In this document: positions 29,154 to 41,594 of the stretch, piece by piece | Layout of the letters: each line of letters starts with the position of its first letter | How positions within the stretch are numbered: position 1 is the stretch's first letter | Source: Microbotryum violaceum | Taxonomy: Eukaryota | Length of the DNA: 64,000 bases | NCBI GenBank assembly: GCA_001244265.2 | Contig: CDLV01000012.1 | Coordinates: forward strand, 620,001-684,000 | Direction of reading: 5' to 3' | The notes under the pieces: generated by a model | What the model saw: the letters and a program-made list of their open reading frames with translations, nothing else | Databases searched by the model: none | What the model was told of the DNA's origin: nothing | Position numbers and translations under genes: made by a program

Positions 29154-30381
29154 TCAAGCGTCAGTTTTGGGTTCCCACCCTTCATGATACTGGGGTGATC
29201 GTTCGGGGAGGACCTTGTGCAAGGGTACGGCGGCCCAGAAAAGGACGGCAAGCGCGACAGGGGCGAATTCAAGGAGTCCGAAAAGCCATTCGTTCGAGCT
29301 GGCGTATCCGAAGATGCCTTCTGCTGTTTCGGCGAGACGGTAGACCTGTGACGCGTGAGAAGGAAATGTAAGTTTCAGAGAATGTCGGGCTGAATCGAAG
29401 TGTCCAGCAAGTCGTGGGGCTTACAGTTCGTGTAAGAACGAGGAACGAAGTGATGCTCAGGATAGCGAGGAACGTCTTCCTCAGCGGTGTCGGCGTCATC
29501 TTGCTAGCCCTAACAGCGAAGGTGATAAGAAGGTAGTAGAAGCATAAGAAGGACGCGCATTGTAACGCCAGACCACTGAGGAGGATGTCATTCGCTTGTT
29601 GGGGGGTGATGCTGCTTGGATCGCCTCTTGTGCGCGAAGATTCGGCAACTCCGATGAGAGCCGCGCCGGCGATCTGGATGATGGTCGTGATGGTGTCGGC
29701 AATGACGAAGACTAACGAAGACAAGGGGTTAGCTCTGTAATAATGCGACCTCGATGCATCTAGGAACCTCACTGATGACCAATTTTTTGCCTCCGAAGGG
29801 CATCAATGTGCGAGACTCGTTCGGAGGTAGACGGCCAAGAGCGTTCGATAGTGCCAGGTACTAACGGTCATAAAAGCATGCATGAGAACTTGACCTTGAA
29901 GAGGAGATTACAAGGGCAATTGAGTCAGAACTTACAAAGGCACCGCTGAAGAAGCATGGCGCGACAACGATGAGAAAATATTGCGCTACGAAGTACGATA
30001 CGATGAACAGGTTCTTGTGCGATAAGATGCGCACAACGTATCTGTGGGAAGCCCAACATATCCGATGTTAATCAAGAGCTGTGTATCATCAAGCCAGGGC
30101 CCGGTTGCAGAAGGGCAAGTCTTGCTTCAAGCTCGAAAGACTGACCCGCCGACTTCCATAGCACAGCCGCACACAATGAGGATCTGAAACGTTCTTGTCC
30201 CCCGTGACATCACTAAATATAAAAAGTGAACGATGAAGGAGAGGGCAAAAATGACGGTTGCTACGTAGGCGAAGATGTTGGACGGTCGGTAGCCGTAAAT
30301 CGAGATGCGCGCCTCGCCGTCGGGTGGGTTGGGATTGGAGTTGACGGGGCCTCGGTAGCCGGGCGGGAGGTAGCCTGACAT
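29154..30381 (-). CDS. RTA1-like 7-TM lipid-translocating exporter family protein, multi-exon
   Basis: IYGYRPS, CAMEVGGY, FVIADTITTIIQIAGA, LLSGLALQ and YRLAETAEGIFGYASSNEWLF. Confidence 0.9.
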
Positions 30382-31753
30382 TTTCTGGATTGGTTTATGA
30401 GATGGGGCTCCGAGGAGTGGGAGGTAAGGCTGAGGTGCTGCGATTGGGAAGGGCGGTTGTGAGATGGAGCTCCGCGGAGAAATGAGACCCCTGGTCGAAT
30501 TCGAAGTTGGCGAGCCTGGCCTGATGTGAGGGTTGTACCAGGTGAATACCAACCGGAAGACTTGGAAATGGTGATATTAAGGGATGCAGTAGGTAGGTGC
30601 CTGAGAAAGGGAGCAGAACCTCTGTTGACTGAGGGTCTTGATTCGACAGCCCTTCAAAGCTTCAAAGCCTGCAAATGCTTTAACGCAGCCCATGCCAAGC
30701 CCAGTCCAAGGCCTACGTCAGAGCGCGGGCTTCGGCGAGCGCCGTGACGATCGGGCTGCTTGGGCTCGCCTGCGCTTGCTGATCCCGGAAGCCTGCTCGG
30801 CCCCCTCCCAACGGATCCCAACCACCACCTTTCGTTTCCGCGGTGGACGAGGCGAGGCCGGGTCATTGGTTCAGGCTCAGCAAGGCAGTAAGTGATGAGT
30901 ATCTGGGCCGATACGTATTTATTTGGTCATTGCAATAGTGCCCCCCTCTCATCCTTCACTGGGATTGGACTTGGGCGTCGAAGTTTGTGACGAAATCCGA
31001 GCGACTCGATCCGAAATACATGCCGGCGATTAAGAGCTGGATTTGTAAGAACCAGGTACTAGTGGCGTGAGCGACCTTTGATGTCGAAGGAACAATAACC
31101 ACATGCCTCGTTGGTAGCCATTGAAAGCTCAGCATCGCAGGAGTAAGCGACTCGGGTTGGCTGCCCAGGAGAGGGTTCGTTGGCTGTATGCATTGCCGCG
31201 GTTTGGACCAACACCTGCTGAGCCCGAATGACGCTGCGGCTCGAGCTTTGTTAGGGCTGTCTCAGTAGATGACGGTCAGTTTAGGGTGGCAGTAACCACA
31301 CTTACGCATCCCTCGCGCCCATGATCGAGTCTGCGGGATAGTGTTGCTTCGAGCCGGCGAAGTGAAGCGTGTCCGGACCGATTAGCTAGGCTAGACATAG
31401 TGGGGCGCCACCGTGCTCCTCGCATAGCGGCTTCCACTGCAGTGTCCTTGTATTCAGCAGCCGATCATAGGTGGTCCCAGCCGGAACGTAAGGTTTACTT
31501 GATACTTTGCGCGTCGAAACGAAGTCATGATTGTGATCGGCACGATGCACTTGCCGATCGCAATCGCCGCTGTGAAAGATGCTTTCCGCAGAGTGGACAT
31601 GGTCTGTGCGAGAAACCTGGATCCCGGCGAAGTCATTTGCCGTCAACCCAAGCCTCGCGCTAGCCTGTTCTCCCTCTCGCGGACTACACCAGCTGGCACT
31701 CCGCACCGACCCACCCCTCACCACCCTCCCACCCTCCCACCTCGCAAGTCACC

Positions 31754-34700
31754 ATGTCGGACGTCGATGACCCATCGCCCATCCCTCTGACCGAGCTGAT
31801 CAGCCCGGACTTTACGGCGAGGGCTACACCCCCGGCTCGGTTGACGTCGATGGCGAGCCCGTTCGCGTTCACCTCGATCGAACCGGCGCACTTGCTCGAG
31901 GACAAGGCGACGCAGGTGCAACGGGCCCAGGTCAGGGAGCAGAAGTCCAAGCAGGAGATGCAGAGCGACTCGCGCGACCTCTTCTTGAACCATAGGGTAC
32001 GTCGTACGCGAGCGTAGCTGCTGCAATGAGGGGTAGCGGCAGGCGAGGCTAAAGCTGCTTTGGCTCCACGGTGGGACCTATCAGCTTAACAAGCCGTGCT
32101 GAACTATTACATGATCCTTTTCGTAGGCCCATATCCGTGAAGACCCCATCGAGGTCAGTCTGGGAGAACTCGAGCCGGGTCTGGCAGCGTGCAGGGCTCC
32201 AGCATATCCGCCTTGGGCCTCGGGGTCTCCGACTCGAGGTCAGAGAAACCGTTTGAAGTCCTCAACTCATGTCCCGAGATTTTGTTATCCAGGTCGCGAA
32301 GCAACTGTCCATGTGGGCGAGTGGAACCGGATGGCGAGCTTATACGGGTCAGTGGAGACCTCAAAGTACTTCGGTGCGAGCCGGCAACAACGTGCTGACC
32401 TCATCCCGACCCCTGTGATCGTCCAGATTATATCGGAGCTCGTGTCATGTACGACGGCTACTCCAAAGCAACCCTTCGAGCCATCACCATGGCTCCTCAA
32501 GGTCGAGTCCTTCGGTGGTCGAGCGGGTTTTGTCTCCCCCAATCCGCTCGCTGATATCTCGACACTCCTTGTACCACATCCCACCTACAGTGCGAAAACA
32601 GATCAAGCAACTTGCACTTGAGCGCCTTGAAAGCCTTGACCTACCGCCCGAAGCGAACCGGGAAAAGAAGCTGGCTCAGCTCGAAAAGCAATTGACCGAG
32701 GTCTCGCTGCAGTATGCCGACGGAGTGGTCGCAAAGATGGACAGCGTGCGCTTCCTCAAATTTTTCGGCGCCACGGTCAACAATATCCTCGTACGCATGT
32801 ACAACCAGGGCATTCACATAAACCTCCCAGAGTATGCCGCGTTCCGCGAAGTCGCTGTGCAGGCGGCCAAGAACAAGCAGTCGCTCTTGCTGCTCCCCTG
32901 CCACAAATCCCATATCGACTATCTCACCATCTCTTGGCTTTTTTATCGTTGTGGACTGTCCCTGCCTCACATCGTCGCCGGCGAGAATCTCAACATGCCC
33001 GTCGTTGGCCCCATGCTTCAAAAGTGCGGCGCCTTCTACATCCGCCGTAGCTTTGGTGACGACGCTTTATACCCCGTCATCATCAAGGAATACATCGAGA
33101 ATCTGATGGAGAACGGTATGAACATGGAATGGTGAGAGATGTACTCCCTTTTCAGGTTGGCTCTTCGGAAGCTGACCTGAGAAGTGTTCCAGCTTCATCG
33201 AAGGATCGCGTTCTCGAACGGGAAAGCTCTTGCCACCCAAGCTCGGCATCCTGAAATACGTCGTCGAAGGCCTCCTAGCCGGGCGCACGAGCGATGTCTT
33301 AATCTGCCCCATTTCGCTCCAGTACGACAAGGTCATCGAAACCGAGACCTACATCAACGAGTTACTCGGCAATCCCAAGGAGAAGGAGACGCTCACGGGC
33401 CTCTTGCTCAACACGCGTGTGGTCCAGCTTCAACTCGGGAGGATCGATGTGCGCTTCCAGAAACCGTTTTCTCTCAACGGGTGGATAGAGGATCAGAATC
33501 AACGTCGTAGGAGCCAGCGCGAGCCGGGGGCTCCCGTCGATGCGAAGAAGGAGCAGGCGGTGCTGTTGCGGGCGCTCGGGTACCAAGTGCTGAGTGATAT
33601 CAACAAAGTTGCTGTCATTATGCCTGCTGCACTCGTCGGGACGTGCATGCTGACTATTCGTGGACGGGTAAGACCGCGGGCGGCCTGCTGGGACCCGGTT
33701 TTGACATGGCACTGACGAGGCTACTTTTATATTCGACAGGGTGTCGGTAAGATGGAGCTCCTAGCCCGTGTCGGATGGCTGATCCAAGCCATCGAGGTTC
33801 GAGGTGGTCGAGTCGCCGATTTTGCCGGGATGGACCTCGAAACTGTCGTCGATCGAGCTCTGATCGTCCTCAAGGATCTCATCGGCGAGCACAAGGATCT
33901 GATCGAGCCCACGTTCTACATCACCAAGCGCTTTGAGCTCTCCTTCTACCGCAACCAAACGATGCACCTCTTTGTGTCGGAAAGCATGTTTTGCGCTTCG
34001 TTGTACACGCGAGTCAAGTCCGGTGGAGCGGCACCTTCACAGAGGATGGCAAGGAAGGAGATCATGGCCGAGTTGCACTTTTTGTCGAGGTTGTTGCAGA
34101 ATGAGTTTGTGTATGGCATCGAGGGTCTCGAGGCGAACGCGGCGAATACGATCAACTCGCTGGCGGTGAGAGAAGAGTAGAGCTCTACGAGGATCTTGGA
34201 AGAGTTTACTGATATACGCTCTGTGGTTGTCGCCAAGCAGAAGGACGAAGTGATCCTCGTTGAGGACGACATGATCGGTCTTTCCCCCAAGGAACGCGCT
34301 TCGGGTCGCAACAATTTTGGTGAGTCGACGTCGAGAGTCAATTTGCATTACAGAACAGACGTGGTATTGATGTGATGACTATGCTGTAGATTTCTTCAAC
34401 TTCCTCCTGTGGCCCTACATCGAGACCTATTGGCTCGCCGCCGTTTCCCTGTTTGCGCTTACGCCTGTGGGGCCGCCTCCCGAGTCTTCAGCAACTCTTG
34501 CTTGGGTATCGGAGAAGGCGTTCCACAAGAGCGCTCAACTACTTGGCAAGAATGGCCACTACCAAGGCGATATCTCATATTTGGAAGCCGTCAACCAAGG
34601 TACGTATATTAGACTCGCTGCGCACTCTTAGAAGCATTCCGCACGTAGTGACGCATTTGTGACTGTTACAGCAACTCTCGCGAATGCATTCATGCGAATG

Positions 34701-35103
34701 GTTGAGCTCGGTGTGATTCTGACTCGGCGATCAACAACCTTGAAGGGCTCGCCGCCATTGATGGCGTTGCACCCGAAGTGGGTCCCGAGTCGAATGGCTT
34801 CGGGTGAAATTGCACCTGAGGGAAGGTTGTGGGATTTCGTTTCGCACCTTTCGACATTCCGACGAGTAAGCTTACATGTCGGCCCGGCCCTGATGATGTT
34901 TGAATCACCACTGATGGAGTTATTTCCTCTGCCCTTCGTTTACCGCTTCACAGGAAGGCAAGAATCGCCGCGACAACGCGACCGTTTCGAAGCGGGTGTT
35001 TGAGCACTGTCAAGCGATCGCGCCTCAGGTGCTCGAGTGGACTTCGTTCGATGGCGCGTCCAAGGCCGAGAACGACTTTTGGCAGGTCAAGCCTAATTTG
35101 TAG
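31754..35103 (+). CDS. Glycerol-3-phosphate/dihydroxyacetone-phosphate acyltransferase (PlsB/GPAT/GNPAT family), multi-exon
   Basis: LPCHKSHIDY (HxxxxD), GAFYIRRSF, FIEGSRSRTGKLLPPKLG and PISLQYDKVIE. Ends ...FWQVKPNL*. Confidence 0.92.
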
Positions 35104-35926
35104 GGAGGGGGAGAATGGCATATGTGCAAAGCAGGGAACATGAGTGTTGTGACTGTTCGCTGGGAAGCGGAAAGCGGTTTCAAGCGGGTGTAGTTTCAGG
35201 AATGCGAAGATCGGGGGTTGTGGAAAAGCTCCGTCTTTTAATTTCTGAATAGTGCATCCGATCTTCTTGCTGTTACGTTTACCGGATGCTCTCCTACGCT
35301 GGATGTAATGCGATATAATTGTGATAGTTTGAGTAGCCGTGTCCAGCACTTTACGTGGGTCGCTTGGTGTAGCTTCTACTGCGGGTGTCGTGACTGACAG
35401 TTGCTTGAACTTGCGCTGGGTGGAACGTGCCCCCAGCCTTAGTCGTGCGTGCCCGAGGTCACAGCGCGGCGGGTCGGGCGCGGTCGGCTTGAGACTGCCG
35501 GCTCGAGCGACTGTCATCGAATCGAATCGACCAGGCCGCAGCCGAGCGGGAGTTGGCTCTGCATCGCTCCATCTCCTCTGACTGGACCCTCGGTGCAACA
35601 GGAACACAGACCGCCTTCCTTCCCGAGTCGACAGTTCAAGACAACCGCTACCTACCACCTGGCACCGACCGCAAGCACGCCCCACCAGCTCAAACCGGCT
35701 CAAGTCCCACGAATTCGCCTGGACGGAGCTGATTCCCGCGGAAGATCTTCGTTCCTCTACGCACCACCTCAACCTCGCACGACGATCCACACTATTCTTG
35801 GCACTTCCGACGTAGAAACTAGGCAACCGATCTACGCTTGACTTTTTGGTGTGCTTTTCGGCTCTTCTTCGCCCGCCCTCATCGATTCCCCGACCCGCCT
35901 CGACCTCGTCTTGACCTTCTGCGAGC

Positions 35927-37954
35927 ATGACGACATCACGGCTGGCGACCCGATCGCAAGCTACCATTGGCGCCCCTTTCAGCGTGACCCGACTGGCGCT
36001 CATCGGAGCCAGTGCCCTGACTCGTTTCGCGCGGGCCTATGCGGCACCCGTGCTTGGTGCAGCGGCGAGTGTAGCCGTGAATGATTACGATACCTTTACG
36101 ATCAAGGCGCATGAGAAGGTCGAAGTTGGCAGCACGGGTTCGTTGACGGAGCCCGCCGGTTTTCCTTTTCCCCGGAGCCCGCTCGTCCTCTGGGTGTTCC
36201 CGTATTGTTGTAGGCTGACTCCAGGGACTGATACGATTGGAACAGCCTTCTATTACAAGCTCGTAATTGCTTTCGTGCTCGTTGGATTCGGAGCATGCTT
36301 CGCAGGCTTGACCCTCGGCCTGCTCTCTCAAGATTCGGTCAATTTGCAAGGTCAGCTTGCATTCACAGTGGAATAGTCGCGACCGACCACATGTATAGAT
36401 TTGGAGATGTCCCCTCCCTTTTCACGCACAGTCTTGTCGACCGCGGGTGAAGAACAGGAACGTAAAGATGCGGCCAGGGTGCTCAAGTTGTTGGAAAGGG
36501 GCAAGCACTGGGTCTTGGTCGTGCTTTTGCTCTCCAACGTCATTGTCAACGAGGTCAGTCCAACCGGTCAAGCAAGCCTTGTCAACGTCCCCATCACTGA
36601 TCGGACCTTGCTCTCGTTCTCCCACTTTGCAACAGTCGTTGCGTACGTCATTGGTCGATCAGTCAGCTTTCCTCGCGCGTTGTGATGTTCGCTAACCCCC
36701 GCTCTCGGCGCATCCTTGCTCCACAGCCATCTTTCTCGATTCCGTCATCGGAGGCGGTGTCGGAGCCGTCGTCATTTCCACTGGGCTGATCGTCATCTTT
36801 GGTGAAATCATCCCCCAAGCCGTTTGCGCAAGATACGGATTGCGGATAGGAGCGATAGCCGCCCCGGCCGTCTTGGCCCTCGTGAGTTGCTTTATGAGAT
36901 GTCATTCGTAGATTAGGAGCACTCAATTACTTCATCTGATCGCTAGATGTACCTCGAGTACCCCATCGCGTATCCCATCGCCAAATTGCTCGACTACCTG
37001 CTCGGCGAGAGCCACGGGACGCTATACAAAAAGGCCGAGCTCAAGACTTTTGTGGCTCTGCATCGTCGCATCGGCGGCGAGTCGCTCAACGAGGACGAGG
37101 TGATAATCATCTCGTCGGTGCTAGAACTCTCGGCCAAACCCGTATCGCTGATCATGACCAACCTCGAAGACACCTACTCGCTGCCCGCGGACGCGATCCT
37201 CGATCAAGAGACCGTTGATGAGATCCTGGCGCTCGGTCACTCACGCATTCCTGTGCACACCCCCGAGGACCCGACCGATTTCATCGGCATGATCATCGTC
37301 AAGAAACTCATCTCGTACGACCCTTCGCAAGCGATGCCCGTCAGCACGTTCCCGCTGTCGGTCTTGCCCGAGACGAGTCCCGAATCGACCTGCCTCGACG
37401 CGCTCAACTACTTCCAGCAGGGGCGATCGCACATCTTGCTCGTGTCGAGTACGCCGGGAACGCCGGGTGGTGCGCAGGGCGTGGTAACACTGGAAGATGT
37501 GATTGAGGAGATGATTGGCGAGGAGATCGTCGACGAGACGGATCTGTACGTCGACCTCAACAACAAGATCAAGGTCATGCGCGGACCAGCGAAGCGAATC
37601 GCGACGGGCAAGGCTTTGGCGCCGTTGATCGCGGATGTGATCGAGCGTCGCCACGCACGCCGCCAGAACACAAGCACGAACCTGGACTATGGCACGAATG
37701 AGTCGACACCGAACGGTGCGTCGCCGAAACCGCCGCATCCGAAGCCCAACCCTGCGCAAACCGCGTTCGACAAGGTCAAGTTGCGCAACGGCAAGCTGCC
37801 CGACCGAAGGCAGCGAATCCTCGATGGCGCTTCGCCGAGCTTGCATGCCGAACGAAGTGGGAGCCCTTCTTCGATGAGTGGATTGGATGATGAGACGTCG
37901 ACGTTGGGAGAGAGGAAACCTTTGCTCGGTAGGAATCAGACGACGACGAATTGA
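35927..37954 (+). CDS. MAM3: Mam3/CNNM-type DUF21 + CBS-pair membrane protein, multi-exon including a 7-nt microexon
   Basis: [51 protein letters not shown] and [20 protein letters not shown]. Start codon less certain. Confidence 0.9.
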
Positions 37955-38253
37955 GGTGGAGGGCGGTTGGATTTTCCTGCGCCGAGGGTTTGCGATGGAG
38001 TCGAGCCGTGTTGCGTAGTTTGTGTATGAACTCCCCAGCTGTGTAGCAAGTGTACAGTCTTTCGTTTCGTGTTCATCATGCCGCGTGAAAAGGGGCAACT
38101 GCCGACCCAGTCTCGGCCAAAGTGTGCGTCCGGCTTCCCGAGTCGCCGAAGTTCGAGCTTATCCGAACCAGTCCGAACCGCGGTGCCGTGATTCTGTGAT
38201 TCTGTCTCGCCTGTCCGACTCGTCTCGCAGATCGATTGCAGCCCCCGCCAAGC

Positions 38254-41200
38254 ATGTCGTTCGCCGCTCTGGCCGGTGGTGCCGAATGTGGGCCGGTGAA
38301 CCCCTTGTCGCAACTTTCCAAGCTGTACGGTCAGGATCGTGGGGTGCAGCAGGTCAGTCGTCGCACGCCGAACGCCGAAGCGCCGAGGGGATGTTCGCAT
38401 CGCGTCTTGGCTGACTCAGCTCTGTCTTCCTGATTAGGATCATACCAATCCTCAAGCTGCTTCATCTTCTTCGGTGAGTGTCATAGGTATGACTCCATCG
38501 AGTCCGGCCTTGGTTGGCGACAGCACAAATTGACTGACCGACATCCCCCACCTTCGGCGATCGTGAAGGCTTTCCGTCGCGGAGGCCCATCGTCATCGTC
38601 TTCCCAACCACTAGCAGATGAAGCGAACCAATTCTTCCAACAACAACGTGGTGGCGGACCGCATGCGTTCGATCTCTCGCCTCTCAACCGAGCCCTGACG
38701 CCACATAACCCAACCCCCGGCTCGATCAATGCAGCCGTCGCCCCGCCACCCTGGGCCCAAGCCTTTTCCCAACAAATTCACCTTCCCTCAAACGTCTCGC
38801 ACCAGTCCGAGATGGAGAACGAGGCGTTCAGAAGGGCGTTCCAACCTCAAGGACCGAGCATGATCGGTGGCGCAGGCGGTCCGGGGGGTGCTCAACTCGA
38901 ATGGACGAACGACTTTCGTCAACATCGAGCCAGCCCTCTTGCCGCATCCCAACAACAACAAGTACCTAATTCGGTTATGTCGATCGAGGCGCAGCAGTCG
39001 GGGAGGATGGGGTATTCGACCGGCCAGCAGAGGCTCTTTGGCGCTGGTTTCGGCGCACCGGCTTTGGCCATGTCAGGGGCTTCGACGATGTACCAGCCTT
39101 CGATGCAGCAGCACAATGACGTGCAACATGCTTCGGCTCAGCAGGATATGGTCGTTTCGACCCAGGGTGAGTTCCCCTGGCTTAATTTGCCACCTTTGCG
39201 AACTCGGGGGCTGACGCTGAATGCAATCTGGACCATCGTACAGGATGGGAGGACGCTTTCAAAGCCCAAGAAGCCGAAGTGAGGACCAACACGTCCAACT
39301 TGATCCACGAATCGTACCAGCCCATCTCGGAATACGAGCAGCGATCTTCCTCGCCGATCTTGTCGCAGGACCAAGCGCGCGACGCGCTCGCCGAAACGGC
39401 CGGTCGGCTACTCGATACCGTTCGCTCGAGCGAGCAAAACCGTTATTCGAATCAAGAGGTTGAGGTTGACAAGGCCGACGATGCCGCGGCGCGTAATGCC
39501 AAGTTCGCGAACTCGACCTTCCTCGACTTGATGCGCAAGTTGAGGGACGGCGAGGTCGCCGTCGAAGGGGACAAGGTAGTCGAGCAGATTGAACCCAAGT
39601 ATTCGTCCGCGGAGAAGGGGAAAGGACGAGCAGCGGATTCGGCCTCGTCGTCATGGGCGCACCAGTTTAGACGAGAAGAGGAAGGGAGGATCGGAGCTGC
39701 TGCACCGATGACGGCGGCGTTTGGGTTGTCGGCCGATGGGACGGGAGCAAGACCTTCGGCGGCGGCCGAATTTGCTCAAGCGAATCAACAATTCTCGGAA
39801 CGACAGGCGAAGAATGCACAGCTTTCTCGCGAGCTGGGTCAAGATTATCAGACCATTGCTGGGTTATGGGACGAAGAGGATCAGGTCAGATCGGGGCGCG
39901 AACAAGCCGCGGCAGAACGCGCTAAGTGGCAGTTTCAAGGTGATGGGGGAGGGATTGCGGCTGAGCACGAGACGATGGGGGATGAGGCGACAGCGGCGGA
40001 ACGGACGCGCGAGCAGATGTACATGGACACCTCGGTTCCTCTAGCAAGTTCGAATTGGGAGGAAGAGATGAACGATCCTTCGATGATCGTCGGAGGACAC
40101 GCGATGAAGACCGCTCGGCCGCCGCAGGAACTGTCGGCGCAACAACGGGAATGGGATATGCTGCAAGAGGACTGGGATGCGTTCGACGTTTCGGCCGCGG
40201 GCCTGAAACCGGCCGCTTCGACGTCGGCTTCGATTGGCGGGTACTCGTTCCACCAGAACAACCCGTACATCAATTCAACCCGACACCACTCGATGCACGG
40301 CGCGTACGGGTCGTCAAACTATGATACGATCCTGCAGAAGGAAGCGGCGGTACAAAAACGACCGCATGATCCTCAGGCTTGGCTCGCATTGGGGATTAAG
40401 CAGCAGGAGAACGAACGAGAGGAGATGGCGATCCAAGCTCTGCGACAGGCGTTGTCGATCGATCCTGGATTGGGGGAGGCCCACCTTGCTCTCGCGGTAT
40501 CGTACACGAACGAAAACGAACGACCCCTCGCTTACGAAGCTGTTGATAAATGGGTCGATAAATTAGGGCAAACGAGGTACAAGCGTGAGGTCGATGCCTA
40601 TCGGGACTTATTCGGCATCTTACCGGAACAACAACACATCCGTCACGAATACCTTACGAACCTCTTAATTCGTTTGGCGCAATCGAGGGAAAGTGACGAC
40701 GTCGACGCCGAAGTGCAGATCGGGCTGGGGGTGCTCTTCAACGCGAGTGAGGAATACGAGAAGGCGAGCGATTGCTTTGAATCGGCTCTTTCTGTACGGC
40801 CCAATGATCCGTTGTTGTTCAATCGTCTTGGCGCGACATCCGCCAATTCGGGCAAGACGGATTTGGCGATCCAGTATTACGTCGAGGCGTTGGAGATTCA
40901 ACCCAACTATGTGCGCGCGAGATTCAACCTCGCCGTCGCGAATATGAACCTTCAAGTGAGTTATCGGGAACTGGGTCGAGGACTTATGCGGAAAAGACGC
41001 TTTCGAGCTGAGTTCTGGTCACTTGAATCTGCAGCAATACGAGGAAGCGGTTCATCATCTGTTGACCTCGCTTTCGATTCAGGAGGCGGATGCGCAGCTG
41101 GAAGGTGAGTCGAGGGAGGAAATGATACTCGACAGCGGTGGATCCGTAAAGCTGACCGCATGTCTGATTTTCTCACAGCCGGTGACGCATCTCTCCCCGC

Positions 41201-41342
41201 CAACGGATCCAACGGCGTTACTTCGCAAACCCTCTGGGACTCGCTCAACATCGCCCTCTTGCAAATGAACCGTTCCGACCTCGCGACCCTGACCGCCGCG
41301 CGCGATTTGGCGGGTCTCACCTCGGCGCTCAACATCATGTGA
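38254..41342 (+). CDS. PEX5: Peroxisomal import receptor Pex5, long type with Pex7-binding segment
   Basis: N-terminal conserved Cys (GAECGPVNPL), several WxxxF motifs, FANSTFLDLMRKLRDGEV, and TPRs (LGIKQQENERE, FNRLGATSANSG, YVRARFNLAVA). Confidence 0.93.
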
Positions 41343-41594
41343 AGCCAGAAGTGGGAAAACGAGGCCGGGTCCAGGTTCCAAGGAGGTCTCACGACCCCTG
41401 GACTGGTTCTTCCCGCCGATGTTCAGATCAAGGGTGGTAGTGGTTTGTATCAGAGTTGTAGGATGTTTGGTTTGGACGTCTAATAACAGTGCAATGATCG
41501 CTCTCGGAAATGATGAAGGTTCAATCCTGCGCTTTGCATTGCTCTAATACGTACAACAAACAAACTTCCGAAAGAAGACAAACCAAAGTGAAAG

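Noticed and set aside
34948-36003. 351-aa minus-strand ORF
   Set aside because: Crosses the GPAT end, spacer and MAM3 start on the opposite strand. No domain.
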